The translations under genes and the position numbers were made by a program. The notes under the pieces were generated by a model that saw only the letters and a program-made list of their open reading frames with translations, was not told the DNA's origin and ran no database searches. Positions 12,700 to 24,765 of a stretch of DNA of 64,000 nt are shown here, in pieces (position 1 is the stretch's first letter; each line of letters begins with the position of its first letter). The DNA is taken from the NCBI GenBank assembly GCA_030390025.1, contig CM059433.1, positions 31,684,001-31,748,000 on the forward strand. Reading direction: 5' to 3'. This DNA is from Squalus acanthias (lineage: Eukaryota).

Positions 12700-13057
12700 A
12701 CTTAAAATTTTGATAGGTTCAATGTAGAGAAAATAGTTCCACTTATGGGGGAGTCCAAAACTAAGGGCCATAAATATAAGATAGTCACTAATAAATCCAA
12801 TAAGGAATTCAGGAAAAACTTCTTTACACAGAAAGAGGTGAGAATGTGGAACTTGCTACCACAGGGAATAGTTGAAGTGATTAGCATAGATGCATTTAAT
12901 GGAAAGCTACGTAAGTACATGAGGGAAAAAGGAATAGAAAAATATGTTGATACGGTGAGATGAGGTAAATAGAATGGGAAGAGGCTCGTGTGAAACATAA
13001 ACACCGGTATAGACCTGTTGGGCTGAATGGCCTCTTTCTGTGCTGTAAATTCTATGT
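12700..13057 (+). mobile_element. CR1 LINE 3' fragment
   Basis: GESKTKGHKYKIV...FFTQ..VRMWNLLP; attctatg tail. Confidence 0.85.
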
Positions 13058-13559
13058 AAAAAGGTAAGTCCCGATTACTTGCCTTTGACCCAGTGGATCT
13101 TCAGGCCTCGTGTCTTCTCTGGTTGCTGTAGCAAGAAGGCTCTGAGGCCAAGATGCAGGACCACAGCTGTAGGTCTCTCACACCACAGCTGCACTACACC
13201 TCCTCTCCATTTTACCAGTATAATGCCCTGCCAGGAACAAGCTGCATCTGAGGTGTACCTGGGCCTTGACAATTGCTCGGGCCACCACTCGATCTGGACA
13301 GGCACTTCGGGTGTGCCGCATCCGTCCAACACTGGACCAGGAACTTCAGCACCCATCTCTGCTTGATTCATTACATTAATGTACTCATGCATACTAATTG
13401 TGCACAAGCACGCAATAGCTCATGGAACAGCAATACAGTACCAAAAGGATGTGCTCTTACATATTACTAACATGCCATCTGCTCTCTTCACAGAGCAGGG
13501 AGAAACCAGTTGTTCTGAAAGGGGCACCAATTGGCACTATGTACCACAGTACCAGCTGT

Positions 13560-13850
13560 CGCTCTCCACACTTGGAATAAACACCAACACAAATACTGAT
13601 ATTTTGTGAGAATTATGTGGTGATGAAGCTCAGGATTCACAGGTCAAAGGTGTTGAAGGTGTTGCAGTGGCGCAGGGTGATGAGGGGCCAGCAGATATAT
13701 TGCAGCGGTCTGGTATGCAGGGTTGTCCTTCTGAATTGAATGGGGATGTAGACATTGGGACCACAGATCTGTGAGCATTGTGAGCAAATGCCCTCCAACA
13801 GTGCCATCCATGTGCGAAGAAGCGCAGGAGCAGTTCGTTGTCACTTATGC
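13560..13850 (-). mobile_element. Possible very old RTE-like LINE remnant
   Basis: Frameshifted minus-strand pieces DNELLLR / AFA.ML.DLWS / WPL..LRHCNTFNTFDL resemble the order of motifs C-terminal to the RT of RTE elements; weak. Confidence 0.25.
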
Positions 13851-14532
13851 CAGCAGGTGTTTTGCGCCATTATGTAGCCCTGCAGTGGTGACAATACTCA
13901 CCAGCACTGAACGCAACGAGCCGACAGTGACTCCAGCAAAGGACAACCTCGTATTGGCGGAGATATAACAGGGTGTGGGGCTTCTATATCACCTGCAGTG
14001 TCTCAGTTGGCTAAGCAATCACCCATCAGTGGTATTTCTTCAACTAGGGCAGTACATGGTAGCAAGCAAGATCAATAACTAACATACTGAAGTCGATGGA
14101 ATAGAACAGGCAAATGCATCTTCAAGTTGAATTGGACACATGTCCCACATGCATTGACTGATACACTAAATAAAATGTATTCACTTTTAATATAACTTGT
14201 TATCTGTTACTCTTTCACTGTGGAGGAAATAAAGCACAGTCCAACAATAAACTTAATAGAACAGATCAGTTCTCTGCAACAAATAAACAGGTGAAGCAAA
14301 TAGCAGCCCTGTCATTGTAAATATGTCCAATAGAAAGTAATAGAGTCCATTGGCAGAGCTCACTGGTAGAAGCAGGAATGAGCTTCTCATGCACCAGTCT
14401 CTCAGCCTGCAGTAGCTGGTCTACTGCTGTCTCCAGTCATCCTGCTCATCTTCCATGACTTGCAACAGCCCATCAGAACAGGTCCATGGTGAGACCTCTG
14501 TCCATAGTCAATATTTTGCAGCTTTTGACATA

Positions 14533-15330
14533 GGCAGACACATGGCAGATAACATTTTATGCAGAGAAGTGTGAAGTGATTCTATTTGGTAGGAAGAATG
14601 AGAAGAGGCAATATAAACTAAATGGTACCATTTCAAAGGAAGTGCAGGAATAGAGAGATCTGGGGATATACATACATAAGTCTTTGAAGGTGGCAGGACA
14701 AGTTGAGAAGCCTGTTAAAAAGGCATATGGGATCCTTGGCTTTATAAATAGAGGCATAGAGTACAAAAGCAAGGAAGTTATGCTAAACCTTTATAAAACA
14801 CTGGTTAGGCCCCAGCTAGAGTATTGTGTTCAGGACTGGGCACCACACTTTAAGAAGGATGTCAAGGCCTTGGAGAGGGTGTAGATTTGATTTAGCATAA
14901 TGGTACCAGGGATGAGGGACTTCGGTTATCTGGAGAGACTAGAGAAGCTGGGGTTCTTTTCCCAAGAGCAGAGAAGATTAAAGGAAGATTTGATAGAGGT
15001 GCTTAAAATCATGAAGGGTTGTCATAGAGTAAATAAGGAGACACTGATTTCGGTGGCAGAAGGGTCGATAACCAGAGGACACAGATTTAAGGTAATTGGT
15101 AAAAGAATGCAGCGAGTTATTATGATTTGGAATGCACTGCTTGAAAGGGTGGTGGAAGCAGATTCAATAGTAGCTTTCAAAAGGAAATTCGATAATACTT
15201 GAAGGGGAAAAAATTTATAGGCCTATGGGATATGAACAGGGGAGTGAGACTAATTGAATAGCTCTTTCAAAGAGCCAGCACAGTCACGATGGGCTGAATG
15301 GCCTCCTTCTGTCCTGTATGATTCTATGAA
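14533..15330 (+). mobile_element. CR1 LINE 3' fragment
   Basis: KKAYGILGFINRGIEYK...RPQLEYCVQ; tail tatgattctatg. Confidence 0.9.
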
Positions 15331-16494
15331 TTAGCATTTTGCAGGTGTTCTGTAGGCCAGATTGCAATGCACCTCCAGCAAAACTCACCCTAATGATCGG
15401 CCAAAGCAACTAAATTATTACTTTTGTGCCCAAAATGTCTGCTCAATGTGCACCCGTTCAACCGTGTGCCTCGTTATATGTGTTTGACGCTGGTGTTCAG
15501 GGGTCGGGCAGAGGTTCCATCAGTTGTTTTTGTAGTATGCAGTCCGTATCCAAGGGAACAGCTACCCATCCGTTCTTCTTCACCACTTCAACACTCCTGA
15601 CTGCCTCAGAATGAGATCACCATGCTCGCCCCTCCCCACTACAAACAGGGATACCTGAGCACCATTTTATTTTTACATGGGCTGCAAGCTATTTCCCTGT
15701 TTATGGAGTAATAAATCATCCTATTTAGGTCTGGGATTGCATGAGGCTGCATGAACGGCTATGCGCACACAGTCAATAGTGTCCTGTACTTAGTGGAAAC
15801 CGCTGCTGTTGGTCAATGCCAAAGAATCACATGGTCTGGAAGCCACCCCTCGACACCAGGTAGGTGGCGGGATCTGCTGCCAGGCCCATCTCGCGAACAG
15901 TGAGGGGGGGCAAGTCCCTGGCAAGGAGGGCCTGAACTTTCCTTGCGCACTATGGGTGGGAATTTCTGATCGAATAGGAATTCCCACTCCTCCCGCACAG
16001 CGAGCAATGGCCTTGAATCATTTGGCGCAGCAACAGCAGGTAGACTAGAGAGCCACACTGAGGTGGAGGACACCAAGAGCAATGTTGAGGGGGTGAACCA
16101 GCAGGGGGGGGCTGATTTTTCATCCCCCGATCGCAGACCTGGGACACTGTACTGGAGACTCATTCTGTGCATGCATTTGAGCACACAGACCCGGTGCTCT
16201 GATTCCACCCTCTGCCCGTGACTCCACAGAGGTGCTAATTGGCAGTGTATCATTGCTGTTCAAAGCTGGTAATATTATACTGACAAGAGCAATATAACAG
16301 CAGCAGACAGATGAGTTTAGCCCTCAGTCCAACAATTCGGGTGTCAACCAAATGATGCCACACAGGGCAGAATCCCCAAATGGGTCACAGCAGGTATCAC
16401 CCATCCAGTCAGCCAATCAGTCATTGGAAGCAGGCTGCAATAGATGCCAGGAAGCCTCTTACCCCTTTCGCTCATTTTTCTTTAGCAATGAAAT

Positions 16495-16720
16495 ACATAG
16501 AAGGTACAAGACGGAAACACGCCACTTGGCCAACCAGTCTGTGTCAGCATTTACCTTCCACGTGAGCAAATAGTCCTGCTCACATTTACCGACTCTGTAC
16601 CCATATCCCCTCATCCCCTTTTCCTTCATTTGCCCATCCAATTTAATCTGGAATTTTGATATTGTTTCTGCCTCAGCCACTAACTTCGGAAATGAATTCT
16701 ACAGCCTCACAACTCTGTCT
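16495..16720 (-). mobile_element. Diverged CR1 3' end
   Basis: AEAETISKFQIKLD..MKEKGMRGYG plus a CR1-type 3'UTR. Confidence 0.65.
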
Positions 16721-16811
16721 GAACGAAGTGACTTCCTGTATAGTGCCGTTTCTAAAATACCATGAATGTACATCTCTGATAAACAGATTCCAACACAGAG
16801 CGTACAATCTA

Positions 16812-17262
16812 AAAGAAAGAACTTGCATTTAAATAGCGCCTTTCACAATCTCAGGACGTCCCAAAGTGCTTTACAGCCAATGAAGTACTTTTTGAAGTGT
16901 AGTCACTGTTGTAATGTAGGAAAACACGGTAGCCAATTTGTGCACAGCAAGCTCCCACAAACAGCAATGAGATAATGACGAGATAATCTGTTTTAGTGAT
17001 ATGGGTTGAGGGATAAATATTGGCCAGGACACCGGGGAGAACTTCCCTATTTTTCTTCGAATAGTTCCATAGGATCTTTTACATCCAACCGAGAGGGCAG
17101 ACGGGATCTCAGTTTAACATCTCATCCAAAAGATGGCATCTCCGACAGTGCAGCACTCCCTCAGTACTGCACTGGAGTGTCAGCCTTGTGCTGAAATCTC
17201 TGGGGTGGGATTTGAGCCCACGACCTTCGAGGCGCAGTGCTACCCACTGAGCCGCTGCTGAC
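16812..17262 (-). mobile_element. Full-length Deu-domain SINE
   Basis: Reverse complement of the 9763-10212 family, including head and ggcgctatttaaatgcaagtt tail. Confidence 0.85.
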
Positions 17263-17622
17263 AAAGAGCAGTGCTGATTGAGACAGGGTGAGTTGGTTCA
17301 TGAAAATCTCTTCCTGCAGTACATCATGTTCGCCGTCAAGTTATGTCTACTCTCATTTCCATAAGCTTATTAATTTTGTTCCTGATACCTTGTTAACATT
17401 TCTCTGTGTGAGTGCAGCATTTCTTGCATATATTTCAAGAATTGTTCTGTTCCTTTATTTGCATATACATCCCGTGCTGTTCTGATATTATCTGTGACAT
17501 ATTGCTATGCTCGTTGCCTCCATAATATGATGAGAGGCCAACTTCCAGCCTTTTTACATAGCGCAGTTGACAAGGACATCGTGGAAAAAAAGAAGTTTCA
17601 CAAATTTCCGACAGCCTTTTTT

Positions 17623-17960
17623 GCAGCCAATTTGTGCACAGCTACCACTAACAGCAATGAATTAAATGACTAGATCATCTGTTTGAGTGATGTTGGCTGG
17701 AGGAAAATATTGGCCAAGAAGAACTCCCCTGCTTTTCTCCAAATGGGATGCCATGGGATTTTTTTACATGCACCTGAGACTGCAGATGGGGCCTCGGTTT
17801 AATATCTCATCTGAGAGTTGGCACACCCGACAGAGCAGCACTCCCTCAGTAAATCACTGGGAGTGCCAGCTGAAATTTTGTGCTCAAGTGCCTGGAGTAG
17901 GGCTTGAACCACAACCTTCTGACGTGACAGGCAAGAGTGCTGGCCACTGCGCCATGGCAA
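17623..17960 (-). mobile_element. Diverged Deu-domain SINE lacking its tail
   Basis: gcagccaatttgtgcacagc...gcctcggtttaa...gcactccctcagt...cttgaaccacaaccttctgac. Confidence 0.75.
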
Positions 17961-18361
17961 TCTAGTGCTTTCTGCTTCAATTACAGCTTTTACTTCAGCT
18001 GTACATTTTTATGATTTAGCAGAACTTCGTGCGAGAGGAGCACGTAGCAGAAAATTCAGCCGCTAGAGGTTGGCGTAGATGATTTGTGACCCAGGGAATA
18101 TTCTGCCGATTTCTTTCCTGGTCTGCTCAATTTTTCATCCACCTTTTGGGCATGCTGACCTCGCAGCCCAAATTTCCAATATTTGTTCCAGTTGTGTGAA
18201 GGTCTGTGCAAATTTACAACAAGGCTTCACCAACACTGTTCGACTTTTTTGATGCAGTGGAAAGTACAGTTTGTAGAAATCAAGAGACGCCATTTTAAAT
18301 ATAAAGAGGCAGTCAGAGGGAAATAGACAGATGGAGAGAGTGAGAGAGTGAGAGAGATAGA

Positions 18362-19029
18362 GGGCTGGATTTTCATTGACCCGTGGAGGTGGGTTTGGAG
18401 GCGTGTGGGGGGTTAAAATTGTGAAAAGTGGCGGGTGGGTACAAGTCCGCCTCCATCCCGCCTCCACGCAATTTTGATGAAATTGTGTCTGCTGGTCCCG
18501 CCTGCGTCCCGCCTTTAAGAGACGGGATAGGCTGTTAAGGCCCTTAACAAGCACTAAATTGGCTCTATAATGCCATTTTGAAAGGCCTTTGTGATTTTAA
18601 CCCTTGTTCTACGTGAAGCACGCCTGTTCTGAACCACGATTGTGAAACCTGGCGGGAGCACATTTGGATAGCTGACTATCAGTGGCTGCGCTGACTATCA
18701 GTGAGTGGCTGGCTGGGCATCTGGGAGTGGTGCAGCAAAAAACAAATCTCTCTCTCTCTCTCTCTCTCCAGCTCATTTTGCATCCAGGTCCTCTCATTGC
18801 AAAGGCCAGGCAGTGTTTGAAGACCTTCAATGCAGCAGCAATGATGACATCATCAGAGGCGACTTTCAGACTGAAAACACTAATTGGTTCATGGGTTCCC
18901 ACATGCTGGAACTCAATTGCCCAATTAGGTGAAAATTGCATCAATCTCCCACATCCAATTGCAGTCGGGTGGATAGCACGAAAAGCGGATGACACGACCC
19001 CAACCCGCCCCAGTATCAAAATCCAGCCC
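18362..19029. mobile_element. Harbinger-type MITE
   Basis: Perfect 12-bp TIR GGGCTGGATTTT/AAAATCCAGCCC with AGA duplication; inserted in an AG-rich tract. Confidence 0.85.
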
Positions 19030-19137
19030 AGAGAGATAGCAAGGTGGAGTAAGAGAAAGACAAAAAGACAGAGAGAGCAAGAGACACCGGCAGAAAGAGT
19101 GAGTCATAGACAGAAAGAGAGAGGCAGAGATTCAGCA

Positions 19138-19323
19138 GGGCTCATTTTGACTTTGGGCGATAGTGTAAAACGGGCGCTATCGATTCAGTCACCCATTATA
19201 CATCTCTCCCCGTTTTCATTTTACATTGAAGTCAACGAAAATGAAAATGGGGAGAGGTGTATAACGGGCGGCTGATCTGATATCACCCGTTACATACTAT
19301 CGGCCAAAGTCAAAATTACCCCC
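19138..19323. mobile_element. Short, almost fully palindromic MITE
   Basis: GGGCTCATTTTGACTTTGGGCGATAGT...ACTATCGGCCAAAGTCAAAATTACCCCC; inner arms cccattatacatctctccccgttttcatttt / aaaatgaaaatggggagaggtgtataacggg. Confidence 0.8.
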
Positions 19324-20282
19324 AAATAGTGATACAGGAAGAAACAGTCGCAGAGATACACAGAGGGAAAAGAGAGAGGGGGGGTCAGAAAATCCAAAAA
19401 AGAAAGGATGTTTTCTCGCCAAGGTGGCAGCTGCCCGTTCCCGGGAGTAAGGATGATTTGAATAGTTAGGGAGAGTGGGACTCATGCTTCCTGCTGCTTC
19501 ATGGCGAACAGAAGTGGCAGATCATCAAGAGTCCCCAAAACTGGTCTAAGGTATGTGGTACAGCAATTCCCTCAGCATAGCTGACACATAGTAAGCTTGT
19601 CATAGTAAGCGCCTTGGAATGTTTTATTACATTTAAGGCACTATATAAATGCAAGTTGTTGTTGTTGTTGCCAGGTTATTGCCAATGTGCACAATGTGAG
19701 AAATAAGAACATAAGAAAATGTGAGATCATATCTTGCTTTTTATTCATATCTTCTGGGTATTCGAGATTACTTTTTACTTGTGACACTTAAAGGACAAGT
19801 AATATTGTTCAGATTTCCATAAGAATAACAATAAATTATCAGGATATTTCTCTTCTCAGAAAGCAACCACTTAATGGTTTTCCATGACTTTGCAGGAGCT
19901 GTCTGCTTAGCATCTCACTGGCAGTAAAGACATCTCTGTGAGGCTACAGTTAATCTTAAGAGGTCAGAGCATCCAAAGAGATGACCTAACACTATCAATC
20001 TCTCAGCCTTCCTGAGCAGCAAACTTAAAAAGATTAAACAACAAAGTCACTGACCAAACGATCCTCTCTTGATACAAAATTGAAGATGAAATCTGTCACC
20101 CCAATAACAACCTGCACAAGAGCATTATAGTGACAAGAACAGACAGCAGACGTTACTGGAAATGCATTTTGCTGAGAAAGTGAAAAATGTTATCTTAAAA
20201 AGATTTGCCTAATATTCTATTATCATTTTTTTTCTTTAGCTCTTCATCTCTGAAGATGGCCTTGTATGCTAAGGATGGTTAC

Positions 20283-21660
20283 AGGAACTTAGGAATAGGA
20301 GTAGGCCATTCAGCCCATCGAGTCTATTGCACCATTCAATTAGATTGTGGCTGATCTGTATCTTAGCACCATCCACCTGCCTTGGTTCCCTTGCCTAACA
20401 AACGTCTATGGGGGAGAAATTCGGTATTGCCCCGTTTGGGGCGCAATTATTGGCCGGGCGCAAAGTTTAGCGCCTGGCGCTAATTATCACCTCCGACTGC
20501 AAACTTGGTTTCTATTGCCCCTGGAGATGATTTGAGCACTAAATCAGGCGCTACACACCTCTCTTAAGGCGTTAACACCGAGGAGCGAGGCGCTAACTCA
20601 GCGCTGGCGAAGCTCATGTGATGCCAGTTAGCAATGGAACACAGACACACTGGCGCCGGCCAGTTCTTAAAGATGTGGATTGATCTTGCTCTCCATCCAC
20701 ACCCTGCTCATTGCAGCCTTGAATCTTGGCCTGGAGAAACCTGTACATTAATTCTGCTGGAAAGAACAATGGAGAGGCCCAGGGAAAGAGCTCAGAGTGC
20801 AGCCCCCATAGTCTTTTCTAAATCAATGCAGGAAGGTCAAATCAAAATGAACCTGCAAAGTGCTTCTCAGTACCAAAACTCCTTCACACAGCATTGAATC
20901 TCTCCAGAAGTCTCTCTCTCTATCTCTTTCAGAATGCGTGGTGCATAAATGTCGCCGACAAAAAAAGGCAGGAAGCGGCCGCTTTAAATAGCGCTCCCCT
21001 AGTCCCTTCCCAACTGCAAAGTGTTCCCCTCTACCTGTCGTTGCTAGCGGCAGGTGGAAAGGCGGGGGGCGCCACTCAATATCCGGTCCAGGGCGTTGCA
21101 CGCTCGACTGACGTCACGATCTGCGGGCGCAGGAGATCGTGGCGGTAGTGTTTAGTGCCTCCGCAAAATGTCTGGTCAATTTCGCAAGCGGCGCAAACAT
21201 CGCCGCGCCCGGGCGCTAACGGGAGGTGCAAAGCAACTGAATTTTTCCCCCTATATCTCAGTTTTGAAATTTTCAACTGACTTAACCGCAACAGCTTTTT
21301 GGGGGAGAGAGCTCCTGATTCCCACTACACTTTGTGTGAAGAAGTGCTTCCTGACATCACCCCTGAACGGCCTAGCTCTAATTAGAAGGTTATGCCCCCT
21401 TGTTCTGGACTCCCCCACCAGAGGAAATAATTTCTCTCAAGCTAGCCTATCAACTGATTTAATCATCTTAAACACCTCAATTAGTTCACCCTTTAATCTT
21501 CTATACTCAAAAGAATACAAGCCTAGTCTATATAACCGGTCTTCATAATTTAACCCTTTAGTCCTGGTATCATTCTGGTGAATCTGAGTTGCACTCCCTC
21601 CTAGGCCAATATTTCCTTCCTGAGGTGCGATGACCAGAACTGAACACCGTATTCTAAATG
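20283..21660 (-). mobile_element. CR1 3' fragment split by a MITE
   Basis: Tail aggaacttagg at the left; RT C-terminus (NYEDRLYRLGLYSFEYRRLKGELIEVFK) continues after 21251. Confidence 0.8.
20410..21251 (+). mobile_element. Harbinger-derived MITE
   Basis: TIRs GGGGGAGAAATTCGGT / AACTGAATTTTTCCCCC; perfect TAT target duplication. Confidence 0.9.
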
Positions 21661-21831
21661 CGGTTATGTCGATAGGTGGTAGCTTACCCATGTGGGCACA
21701 ATTCATACTTCAGCATGGGCAACATCTTATAGGGTATCGCAGCTGGCCTGCCCTCACTCAAGACCTCCAAGCACACACTTTGCTTTCTGACTAGGGTCCC
21801 TGACGAGCAATCAGGAGTGGCAATCCAGGTT

Positions 21832-22228
21832 AAGAACATAGGAACATAAGAAATAGGAGCAGGGTTAGGCCATGCGGCCTCTCATTCCTGCTCCCCCATT
21901 CAATAAGATCATGGCTGAGCTTCTACATCAATTCCACTTTCCTGCCCTATCCCCATATCCCTTGATTCTCAAAATCTATCGATCGCAGTCTTGAATATAC
22001 TCAACGACTGAGCATCCACAGTCCTCTGGGGTAGAGAATTCCAAAGATTCACAACGCTGTGATTGAAGAAATTTCTCATCATCTCAGTCTTAAATGGATG
22101 ACCTCTTATCCTGTGACTATGGCCCCTAGTTCTAGACTCTCCAGCCAGGGGAAACAGCATCTCAGCATCTAGCCTGTCAATCCCCCTCAGAATCTTATAT
22201 GTTTCAATGAGATCAACTCTCATTCTTG
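21832..22228 (-). mobile_element. CR1 LINE 3' fragment
   Basis: RMRVDLIETYKILRGIDRLD..VVNLWNSLP; aagaacataggaacataag tail. Confidence 0.88.
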
Positions 22229-22475
22229 AGGGGTTGGCTTTACCCTTGCCCTTATCTGGGATCCTGAGGCCAGCTGTAGCACTCACCACTCCTGTCCATG
22301 TTCAGATCATCTAACAAGCCACACACCAGGGATCAAAGCTGGGATCTCCATGTTCTGTGTGACTCATGATTACACCATGCAATCAATTTGCACTTTAAGG
22401 AACCATAATATGATTTTCTTGTTAGCTATTTTACTTTCAATTATCTCCCTCTGCCAGCAACCATTCCTGGTCAAC

Positions 22476-22780
22476 AAGAAAGAACTTGCATTTATATAGT
22501 ACCTTTCATGTCCTCAGGACATCCCACAGCAATTTATAGCCAATTACGTACTTTTGAGGTGTCGTCACTGTTGTAATGTAGGAAACGCAGCAGCCAATTT
22601 GCACACAGCAAGGTCCACAAACAGATAATCTGTGTTTTAGTGATGTTGGTTGAGGGATACCTAATGGCCAGGACGCCAGGGAGAATTCCCCTGCTCACTT
22701 CGAAATAGTGCCGTGGGATCTTTTACGTCCACCTGAGAGGGCAGATGGGGCATCAGTTTAACGTCTCATCTGAAAGGTGG
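22476..22780 (-). mobile_element. Deu-domain SINE, 5'-truncated
   Basis: aacttgcatttatatag tail and Deu core in reverse orientation. Confidence 0.8.
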
Positions 22781-22879
22781 ATAGATGCGCTGTGCTAATC
22801 TATAAGAATATTATAACACTCTGAACTATCCTAGGAGGTACACAGGTGAAGCTGGGTGATTCCCTGTGTAATATTCCTT

Positions 22880-23160
22880 CTTGATCTCTGTGCTCCTCCA
22901 ATTCTGGCTTCTTGTGCATCCCCGATTTCCATCGCGCCACCATTGCCAGCCGTGCTTTCTGCTGCCTCGGCCCTAAACTCTGGAATTCCCTCCCTAAACC
23001 TCTCTACCTCTCTCTCCTCCTTTTTCACTCCTTAAAACCGACATCTTTGACTAAGCTTTTGGTCATCTCTCCTAATACCTCTTTATGTGGCTCGGTGTCA
23101 AATATTGTCTGTTCCTGTGACGTGCCTTGGGCGGTATATAAAAGCAAGTTGTTGTTGTTG
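22880..23160 (+). mobile_element. L2 LINE 3' end
   Basis: RAFCCLGPKLWNSLP; tail tatataaaagcaagttgttgttgttg. Confidence 0.75.
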
Positions 23161-23571
23161 ATGGGGAATCACCAGGCATCAGTTTCACAGCAGCTAATTG
23201 TGGCAGGCATCAGCAAAACAAACTCAGCTTCTACCAACCCGTGGCACACAGTTCTGTCCCAAGATATAACTAAAGGCAATTCCTGATTGAAACACATAAG
23301 GAGGTGCGTTCTACTGTTTCTTTCATGGCAACAATGGCAGTAAAGGCCTTCAAACTGGTGGAAAATAAGAGACAAGGTGAAACCAGTTTTTCCTGAGCCA
23401 CTCTTAGTTTCTTGCCCCAAAAAACAAGGGGAAAAAAATAAGCATTGTTTTTGTTGAAAAATTTGCTGACTTGTTATGACCTCTTGAGGCCTTTTAAATG
23501 AGCTTTCTGTAAGAGATAAAAATGAGAAGTCGCACAACACCAGGTTATAGTCCAACAGTTTTATTTGAAAT

Positions 23572-23606
23572 CACGAGCTTTCGGAGCGCTGCTCCTTCAT
23601 CAGGTA
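23572..23606 (-). ncRNA. Minimal type I hammerhead ribozyme motif (antisense copy)
   Basis: Reverse complement reads TAC-CTGATGA-A-GGAGCAGCGCTCC-GAAA-GCTC-GTG. Confidence 0.7.
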
Positions 23607-23611
23607 AACTT

Positions 23612-23646
23612 TACCTGACGAAGGAGCAGCGCTCCGAAAGCTCGTG
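23612..23646 (+). ncRNA. Minimal type I hammerhead ribozyme motif
   Basis: TAC-CTGACGA-A-GGAGC(AGC)GCTCC-GAAA-GCTC-GTG: core CUGANGA and GAAA, stem II GGAGC/GCTCC, palindromic AGCT stem III, NUH = CUC. Confidence 0.7.
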
Positions 23647-24055
23647 ATTTCAAATAAAACTGTTCGACTATAACCTGGTGTGTGCGACTTCTCATTTTTG
23701 TCCACCCCAGTCCAATACCGGCATCTCCGCATCATGTAAGAGATAAGGCAGCTTTCCACTGGAGGTAATTTAAATGACCAGCTAATAATTAGGTCACCCA
23801 CTGGGTTAATTCCAATGATGCAGTAGCTAAACCCTTCGGTAAGATATCTGGTCCACATTGCTTTTGCCGCAATTATTACATTGTGTTGGCATTGGTGGGC
23901 CAGAGCTACCAGGGAGTGCAGTGTGGGCCACAAATCAAATGTACCGACCTCTGCACCCAAATTCCCGAGATGTGTCCCACGTCACACATTACTCTGCTAA
24001 ATCGTATAATATACTGCTGAAGCCGTGGCTGCAGTGTGTCCTATTTACAGTACGC

Positions 24056-24765
24056 GCAGCAGGAACTCACCCAGGCTTCTTCAGCAGCACCTCCCAAACC
24101 CGTGACCTCCGCCACCTAGAAGGACAAGGGCAGCTTGGGAACAGCATCACCTCCAAGTTTCCCTCCAAGTCACACACCATACCAACTTGAAAATATATAA
24201 CTGTTCCTTCATCGTCGCTGGGTCAAACTCCTGGAACTCGCTACCCAACAGCATTGTTTTTTTTACATTCATTCATGGGATGTGGGCGTCGCTGGCAAGG
24301 CCAGCTTATATTGCCCATCCTGAATTGCCCTTGAGAAGGTGGTGGTGAGCTGCCTTCTTGAACAGCTGCAGTCTATGTGGTGAGGGTACTCCCACAGTGC
24401 TGTTACGGAGGGAGTTACAAGATTTTGACCCAGCGACGATGAAGGAATGGCGATATACTTCCAAGTCAGGATGGTGTGTGACTTGGAGGGGAACTTGGAG
24501 GTGGTGGTGTTCCCATGCGCCTGCTGCCCTTGTCCTTCTAGGTGGAAGAGGTTGTGGGTTTGGGAGGTGCTGTCGAAGAAGCCTTGGCGAGTTGCTGCAG
24601 TGCATCTTGTAGATGGTACACTTTCACTGTGAGAGCACCTTCACCACACGGACCGCAGCGGTTCAAGAAGGAGGCTCACCACCACCTTCTCAAGGGAAAA
24701 CTGAGATAGGCAATAAATGCCCATCTTAGCAGCGACGCCCACAGCACGAAAATTAATAATAAAAA
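24056..24765. mobile_element. Two nested copies of the HHHLLKGN LINE 3' end in opposite orientation
   Basis: Plus copy (24056-24256 and ~24625-24765) is interrupted by a minus copy (~24257-24622). Confidence 0.8.

Larger units (their letters stand above)
23520..23734. mobile_element. Penelope-like element terminal repeat in inverted (palindromic) configuration
   Basis: ~90-bp arms (23518-23608 / 23610-23699) around a 1-nt centre; 12-bp target duplication TGTAAGAGATAA at 23508-23519 and 23735-23746. Confidence 0.8.

Noticed and set aside
13620..13735. C/D snoRNA-like boxes (GTGATGA...CTGA)
   Set aside because: There is no convincing terminal stem or recognisable rRNA/snRNA guide.
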